From Octopus vulgaris (lineage: Eukaryota), in the NCBI GenBank assembly GCA_951406725.2, contig OX597822.1, positions 10,416,001 to 10,480,000 of the forward strand: DNA of 64,000 nt, given 5' to 3'. Below, piece after piece: positions 56,270 through 64,000 of this stretch. The notes under the pieces were generated by a model. The model saw only the letters and a list, made by a program, of their open reading frames with translations. It searched no databases and was not told the origin of the DNA. The position numbers and the translations under genes are program-made. Numbering within the stretch: position 1 is the stretch's first letter; each line of letters opens with the position of its first letter.

Positions 56270-56590
56270 TATATTAAATTAGAGATAAAACCCCTATTAG
56301 GCAAATCATACAATGAAAAACTTAAACCAATACATAAGATTAATCAATTTATATTATTTAAATATATATCAAAATTATTAAAAAAGATATGTTATATTAA
56401 TTATCTTTTTTAATAATTTTGATATATATTTAAATAATATAAATGAATTAATCTTATGTATTGGCTTAAGTTTTTCATTGTATGATTTGCCTAATAGTGG
56501 TTTTATCTCTAATTTAATATAATATATTTTACTATAAAATTGGATTCAATCTGATTTTTTCCCTGTAAGTTTGGACTTATTCCCTAATAT
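56265..56590. repeat. ~125-bp-arm AT-rich hairpin (56265-56389 / 56402-56526) with extended right arm, in (TA)n
   Basis: ttagagataaaacccctattaggcaaatcatacaatgaaaaactta vs taagtttttcattgtatgatttgcctaatagtggttttatctctaa; right arm continues to ccctgtaagtttggacttattcccta. Confidence 0.88.
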
Positions 56591-56592
56591 TT

Positions 56593-56645
<53 letters not shown>

Positions 56646-56677
56646 TACATAATTACATATGTATATGTTTATATACA

Positions 56678-56719
<42 letters not shown>

Positions 56720-57564
56720 CATGTGTGGCTACATGCGTTTTTGTGTATACGTATATACATATGCGCCTACGCATGTGAGTGCGTGTATGTATATTTGTAT
56801 AACCGTATACATGACTGTAGTTTAGATTAGGGCATGGGGGAGATCTGGACAGTTACCTGTCCGTATACGTGCGCATGTATATTTGCACGCTGTGCACGCG
56901 TGTGTGTATGAGAGTGTGTGTACACATGTCTACCCAGAGACATACAATATATCCCCTTTTCTCTGCACCCGTATTCGCATATATCATGCGTATAAAATGT
57001 GCCTTTGTGTGATATCTTCGAATACTATTTCTAAAGCCAAACGTATTTACTTCGGTCAAGAATCCACTCTCAACTTTCTCCCCTTTCCATCTATTCTTCG
57101 GATCTAAGTCTGTAAACACTAATTCTTGAATGTACAGAAATGCTATGTGCTCTTGCAGTGGCAACTACAAAGGTTTGTTCGATATGGAAATCCAATATGG
57201 CAAAAAAAAATATGTATATATAAAATAAAACAGAAAGTATAGAATAGAAAAATGAAAGCAATCTGCTAGTTCTTTCAAGTCGAATATTGATTTTTCCTAT
57301 CGGAAGTTACAAGGCCACATATTGTAAGATAAAGGAATAGAACAGGCGACTAAATCGATCTGAATTCACTGTATAATTGCTAAATATATTTATGATGTGG
57401 CCTCTTGTTGTATAAAAGTTACTTAATTCGGTTTGCATGATTTAGACGATTTGAACTCATAGATGGAACATTACTAGTTGAAACATAGGTACGTTGTTTA
57501 TGTACATGTGTGTGTGTGTTTAGGTGTGTGTTCGTGTGATTTTCAAGTGCCTCACTCTCTCTCC

Positions 57565-57600
<36 letters not shown>

Positions 57601-57601
57601 C

Positions 57602-57686
<85 letters not shown>

Positions 57687-57701
57687 CATATACATACATA
57701 C

Positions 57702-57764
<63 letters not shown>

Positions 57765-57826
57765 TATATACATATATATATATATACATATACATACATG
57801 CATACATACATATATATATATATATA

Positions 57827-58053
57827 CAGTAATCACTCGACTATCGTGGGTGTTATGTCCCAAAATGCCCACCCACCCGCGAAGTAGTAACATTACTGTA
57901 TATTTTTTTAAAATTATTTTTATAATTTGTATATATATTTTTTTTTATTATAGATGCAAAACGACGCTACAGAGGAATCGACATAAGCTTAGATAATAAA
58001 CCGCGATTGGGGGAACCGCGATAGTTGAACCGCGATATGGCGAGGGATTATTG
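57827..58053. mobile_element. Tigger/pogo-type MITE
   Basis: TIRs cagtaatcactcg / cgagggattattg, TA flanks, subterminal aaccgcgat x3. Confidence 0.85.
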
Positions 58054-58160
58054 TACACAATCTATATTTTACGTTATATGTATATTTATACATACCAACA
58101 TATATTCCAGGCTACAATGACATGAGAATCTGTTTAGAGTTATAATATAACACACACAGT

Positions 58161-58530
58161 GGAGGCGCAATGGCCCAGTGGTTAGGTTAGCGGACTCGCG
58201 GTTTCGATTCCCAGACCGGGCGTTCTGAGTGTCTATTGAGCGAAAACACCTAAAAGCTCTACGAGGCTCCGGCAGGGGATGGTGGTGATCCCTGCTGTAC
58301 TCTTTCACCACAACTTTCTCTCACTCTTACTTCCTGTTTCTGTTGCACCTGTATTTCAAAGGGCCGGCCTTGTCACTGTCTGTGTCAGGCTGAATATCCC
58401 CGAGAACTACGTTAAGGGTGAACGTGTCTGTGGAGTGCTCAGCCACTTACACGTTAATTTCACGAGCAGGCTGTTCCGTTGATTCGGATCAACCGGAACC
58501 CTCGTCGTCGTAACCGACGGAGTGCTTCCA
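58161..58530 (+). mobile_element. tRNA-derived SINE family D, full length with 12-bp TSD
   Basis: tggcccagtggttagg A-box, gtttcgattcc B-box, tail gtcgtcgtaaccgacggagtgc; TSD ataacacacaca at 58147-58158 and 58530-58541. Confidence 0.9.
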
Positions 58531-59406
58531 TAACACACACAACCATCGCTGCCATCCGCAAGTGCTTCTATCTCGGTTTCTTTCGCCCTGTTTGGGTTTA
58601 TCTTTGTAGCTGCAAATATAGTGGCAGACTTAGCGCCACCTCTCAGCGCTCTCGCCCTTAATCCAGTGGAATATCGAAGATTTCATAGAATGAAGGAGAG
58701 GCAGTGGCACCACTCTTCAGCGTCTTCTCATTTACAGCCGAAACGACTGGAACATCGTGTAATGATACCCATTTCTTAAGAACGCAGCGCAGCTAGCCCG
58801 GTTCATAAATCGAAACTACCACCGTCTGATTGTGAGCCGAACAACCTAACCACTGGGCCTCTGTACATTCCTTTGTATTAACGTTATTATTGTAGAAAGG
58901 AGACTTCAGGAATTTATAATTATACGCATTTACGCAGGATAACATTCACAGAAACACTAGAAGATATTTTACGCATTATGTGCGCATACTAATGCGTCCT
59001 AGAGTGTTTAAGTAAACACAAGTGTATATGATACGTCATATATTCATGCTCAAATATTCACGTACTCACACATACTTGCATGTACACACACATATTTGTA
59101 TATGGATATACGGTTGTACATGAGTTCTTTCATAGACTCACACACGTGTATGTATATGATTGTGTATGTGTGTTTGCTTAGAAATATGTACAACTGTAAA
59201 TCACGCGCACCCTTATATATGTACTGGCATGCTTACATTCACATATAAACATAAACAACATTAGCATATATACGCAAATTGATGCATACATGGCTATTTG
59301 TATTAATTCCTCTTTAGATAGATACAAATAATTGCATTCACCAACATGCGCACGTGCACATACTTAATACGACATGAACAAATCAAAATACACACATACC
59401 ACGCAT

Positions 59407-59445
<39 letters not shown>

Positions 59446-60736
59446 CTCGTATGCACGCGCACATGCAAGCATTCACTTAAAGCTCAACGGAAGATAAACA
59501 ACGGAATCCGTAAAGCGGTGACACAGGCATGCGTAGACTTGGAGGCAACGAGTACGCTATAAGAAAGTGACAGGGTCTCTACGTCGTTGTTTGACCTGCT
59601 AAACATAGCAACTAAGTCTACTTCAAATTATTATGTTGCCTTCAATAAAAGAACAAATTAGATAATATCTTTTTAATTAAAGTCAAGATGGTCATGTCTA
59701 GATTGCCTTTGATCGTAGATTATTTGCCAGGAGTCATACAAATAAGCTCTTAAACAGAATGGATGAGTCTGAAAAACCAAAAAAGATATCATGGCTACGA
59801 TTGAATTTTATTTGTCCTTTGGTCTGATAAATCAGGGTAGATTTAGGATTACACGACAGCAAACTCCAAGAAACTGTAGCCAAATCTCTCACAAGCCATA
59901 CTGTAATAAAAAATCGAAAGTAGGACGGATGGTGATATCTGGAACGCTTTTGACCAAGGGTTTGCCAGACCAGGACTGACATGGAGCTAAACAAACAACG
60001 ACAGTAACAGCAACACACATGTACACACAGACGTATGAATTAATAAGAAATGTGAGTGTCTGCGCATGTGTGACTATGTGTTTAACAATACAATTTGCGT
60101 GATAATTCCGTGATGGAGCGTTTGTCTATAAAACATGATAAAAACAAAGTAAGGTAATCCAACAGCCTCGAAGTGAAACTCTTCACTTCCGGTGCCTACA
60201 GGATGGCAGCTGTGCTGTTGGTTGTTAGACGGTTTGGGCCTCCTAGTGGGCAGCGATAGCTTTACAATAACTCTAAATCCTAGACAAACATGAAAACTAA
60301 CTTTGCCATTAAGTTGCTGTCAACTTTGATACCCTTAGCGTCATTTGATTGCTCATAGGGGTCGCTGTAAGCGATCCGACAATGGCGGAAGGAGAGGCAG
60401 TTAGTTATGAGGAAAGTTAATCCCACCACATACACACGCACGCACGCACACATACACACACATACATATACACGCGCGCAAACATACACACACACACACA
60501 TATACACGCGTGCAAACTCTCATACGCGCAGGAGTGCCCGCAGAGCCATATATGTGTATGTGCCGATACATGTATGTATATTTATACGTCCACGCGTGTA
60601 TGCACGTTTGTTACTATTCGTATATATACGCGGATGCGTGTGTGTATTTATATGTCTCTGTTCTACCGTCTGTCAATCTCTCTCCTCCCGCTCGCTCTCA
60701 CGCTCTCTCTCTCTCTCTCTCTCTGACTCACTCTTC

Positions 60737-60805
<69 letters not shown>

Positions 60806-61022
60806 AATATGTACATATATGTCTATGTATGTATATATATGTATATATATATATTTATAAACAAATACACACACACTCTCTTTCTCACACTCTCTTTCTC
60901 ACACACTTATATACATATATACATATGTGTGTGTATGTTTGTGCACATAACATATGCACAAATTCCTACATAGATATAGCACATAAAAATATATTTGCAA
61001 ATTTATATCTAACTACTATCCT

Positions 61023-61054
<32 letters not shown>

Positions 61055-61084
61055 GCGTGTGTGTGTGTATATATGTGTGTGTAT

Positions 61085-61116
<32 letters not shown>

Positions 61117-61225
61117 GTGTGTATGCATGTATGTATGTATAAGGAGCCCCCCCCCCCGTTATATTTATACTTGTATATTCCTATTTATATAATTCTATTT
61201 GTATATATCTATATTTGTGTATCTA

Positions 61226-61440
61226 TGTGTCTGTTTGCCCCCAACCACCGCTTGATAACCGGTGTTGGTGTGTCTACGTGTTCCGATATCTTAAGCGGGT
61301 CGGCAGAATGGGCGGATAGAATAAATACTAGGCTACAAATATAAGTTATGGGGTCGATTTGTTTCATTAAAACTTTCTAAGGCGGTACCCCAGTATGGCT
61401 GAAATATAATGACTATAAGAAGTAAACGGTGAAAAGTAAA
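61226..61440 (+). mobile_element. SINE family C, 3' half
   Basis: accgcttgataaccggtgttggtgtg...gatagaataaatactaggct...ggcggtaccccagtatggc. Confidence 0.75.
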
Positions 61441-61695
61441 GATATTTATGAGGTTTTGGTGTGATATGAGAATTTTGTTCTGAGTTGTGGCCAAGATTTG
61501 GAAGATTATCTTAGAGTTATCATTGCCATTATCGTTTAGTATCAGTACGATAAAACAAACCATTTAACCGTTACCATCCTCTCTTCTAAAAGGTATTTAG
61601 AACAACAATATCTGAAGAGTTATCACTTTATGTCGAGTTCGTTTTCAAATGTAATTCCATTCATATCCGAGATTTTTCATATTAATATTAAATCT

Positions 61696-61924
61696 GTTTC
61701 TTTACTAACCACAAGGGCTAAACACAGAGAGGACAAACAAAGACATACATAGGTATTAACTCGATTACATCGACCCCAGTGCGTAACTGGTACTTAATTT
61801 ATCGACCCCGAAAGGATGAAAGGCAAAGTCGACCTCGACGGAATTTGAACTCAGAACGTAACGGCAGACGAAATACGGCTACGCATTTCGTCCGAGGTGC
61901 TAACGTTTCTGCCAGCTCACCGCC
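61696..61924 (-). mobile_element. SINE family A, full length with 16-bp TSD
   Basis: TSD atattaatattaaatc at 61679-61694 and 61929-61944. Confidence 0.93.
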
Positions 61925-62259
61925 TTTAATATTAATATTAAATCGTTCCCACTAGTTTACTGGTACTATTTGTTCATCCAAGGAGCTTGAAGACCGGAGT
62001 ATGCTATGTTGTAAAATATTGAAAGATTCTTTTATCCAACAGTCTAAGAGTCTACCAATACACCATCTTCAATATGCTATGCTGTAATCCGAGGAAGTAT
62101 AGATTGCTGTTTCTAGCAGGGAGGGGAAAGAAGTAGAGATTCTCTTGAGTTACCTTCTGATAAACTTATATACTAAAAATATGGAGGTGTGTCGTGCAAC
62201 AGATTCACATAATTTGACTAAGGAAATGGGATTTGTTAAATAAATACTCAGATATTCAC

Positions 62260-62456
62260 CATGATAGATCGCTAGCCACTACACATTCTTTATTTTCTCT
62301 CCTTGTTTCTATCTGTGTTTCTTTCTGTGTTCATTTCTGTGGAAGAGCGTAGGCTCGAAACGTTACAATCTTTTTCACTTCCCGTGCGTTAAACTAATAC
62401 AGCTGTTTGTTGTCTACGCCACCTACCTTCGTCTTTTTTTTTTTGTAAATTCTCCC
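62260..62456 (+). mobile_element. Short hammerhead-like-motif element (subfamily 2)
   Basis: attt-CTGTGGA-a-gagc-gtag-gctc-GAAACGT-t-acaa (62333-62368); ends at (GATA)n. Confidence 0.7.
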
Positions 62457-62459
62457 GCG

Positions 62460-62538
<79 letters not shown>

Positions 62539-62934
62539 AAAGTATTCTACTCAAGGCTATTCAGTCTTTTTCAGTTTCACTAACAACAAAACGCCACGGG
62601 CCATTCAATCCTTCACTCCATCAAATGATAGTAGTGATTTGAGAGATATATGGGTGTTGTTTCTAGCAGTTCAAGAGACTATATCGCGACACTCCTCGTT
62701 GGTTTCTTTTAAGACACAGCCTCGCACCCTGTAACTTAAAAGTCTACTATATATCTATGTATCTATATATATATATATAATGAGTGATTGATAGATACTA
62801 CACTCACTATACCTCCTCATTTTCTCCCTACCTCTCTCTGCATACACACACACACATATGTACACTCACACATACATACATACATACATACATACATACA
62901 TACATACATACATACATACATACATACATACATA

Positions 62935-64000
62935 ATGATTTTGACTGTTTCCTCTGTAGCTGACGAGGGATGTTACAGGTATCTAGGGGTGGATGAAAAT
63001 ATATCTTACAGTGGCACCTGTAGCAAAACACGTGTCGCTAAAGAATATTACAACCTAATAAAGAAAATCTGAATCTCAGAACTCTCTGCTTTCAATAAAA
63101 CAGTAGCCCACAATGGGTTTGAAGTGACAGTACTCGTACCAACATTTGGGCTGCTTGATTGGACGCTTGACGAGATCTCAGCCATTGAGGTGAAAACCCG
63201 AAAAATAATAACAAGCACACATAATTTCCACATAAACAGTATTGTAGACCGCCCCAACCTAAAGCGACATCAAGGCGGAAGAGGCTTAACATCGATCCAA
63301 AACGTCTTTGAATGTCGCATCATAAACCTTCGGCAACATCATTTAACCATCAAGTGTCGAAGTTCGTCCTTTGACCAAGTTTGCATACATGATGCTGATA
63401 ACATCATAAGACTTGGAAGGTAGCTCCTTGAGCAACACTCTTTGTCTGATAACGTAGAATACTTGCCCAAAGAAGCAACACGATTCTACCGCAACGTGTC
63501 ATCAGATAAAAGGATGATCCTATGCCTATATGAGCAGAAGACTATGCATGGATATGTTACTAGAAAGCTCCGTGATGGTAGTAACATCGATCATCAAAGC
63601 ATTTTATCATGGACTTTGAAGGGTATGCGTTTGCAATCCAGGAAAAGGCAATATCAACCAAGTACCTGATGCACAAAAGGGATAGAGATGCTGGTAAAAC
63701 CGTGAAGTGTGACAACCGACGCAGACTGAAAATATACCCACATAATAAGCAGTTGTCCGAAAATGTCATTACTGTATTATCTACCGATGAGACATGATGT
63801 TGTAGCTAGGTCACTCTATAAGGAAATCTGTCAGAAGGATAATCCCGAGGACTAAGAAACAAGAACCTACAATATGGTAGAAGCCATAGCCACTCCTAAT
63901 AAAAAAGAATACGGGTGGAATGTTCCAGTGAAGACCTCAATAAAATGTAAGCACAACAAACCTGATAAAATGATTTGGATTAGAGAATAGAAACTGTGCT
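62935..64000 (+). pseudogene. Decayed, 5'-truncated R4/Dong-type non-LTR retrotransposon (RT thumb to RLE endonuclease)
   Basis: YRYLGV...KEYY...NKTVAHN...PTFGLLDWTLDEISAIEVKTRKIIT..HNFHINS..DR..LKRHQGGRGL; EGYAFAIQEKAISTKY; RHDVV; KHNKPD near the window end; multiple stops and frameshifts. Confidence 0.8.

Overview
Eukaryotic, AT-rich, non-coding (intergenic or intronic) DNA. It is saturated with microsatellites ((TA)n, (TATC)n, (TGTA)n, (ATT)n, (TAC)n, (GAA)n) and three or four tRNA-headed SINE families. That landscape is typical of coleoid cephalopods, most likely Octopus (inference from repeat style, not a database match). I see no supportable host protein-coding gene; almost every ORF in the track is a microsatellite translation. 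The real coding remnants are three decayed LINEs: an RTE-type C-terminus (~26.5-26.9 kb, minus), a CR1/L2/Jockey-group 3' part (~53.3-54.3 kb) and an R4/Dong-type RT-RLE (62.9 kb to the end). Also present: two non-autonomous Helitrons, three Tc1/mariner-pogo MITEs and a long foldback element. Most interesting: eight ~120-210 bp non-coding elements in two subfamilies, each carrying a minimal type I hammerhead-ribozyme-like motif with covarying stem I and ending at microsatellite tracts. There is also a near-canonical hammerhead at 52587-52668 and about eight insertions with a long arm plus an inverted arm, embedded in (TA)n. Together these suggest a Penelope-like/retrozyme-like ribozyme-bearing element system associated with microsatellites. 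Coordinates of diverged repeats are approximate (+/-10-20 bp).
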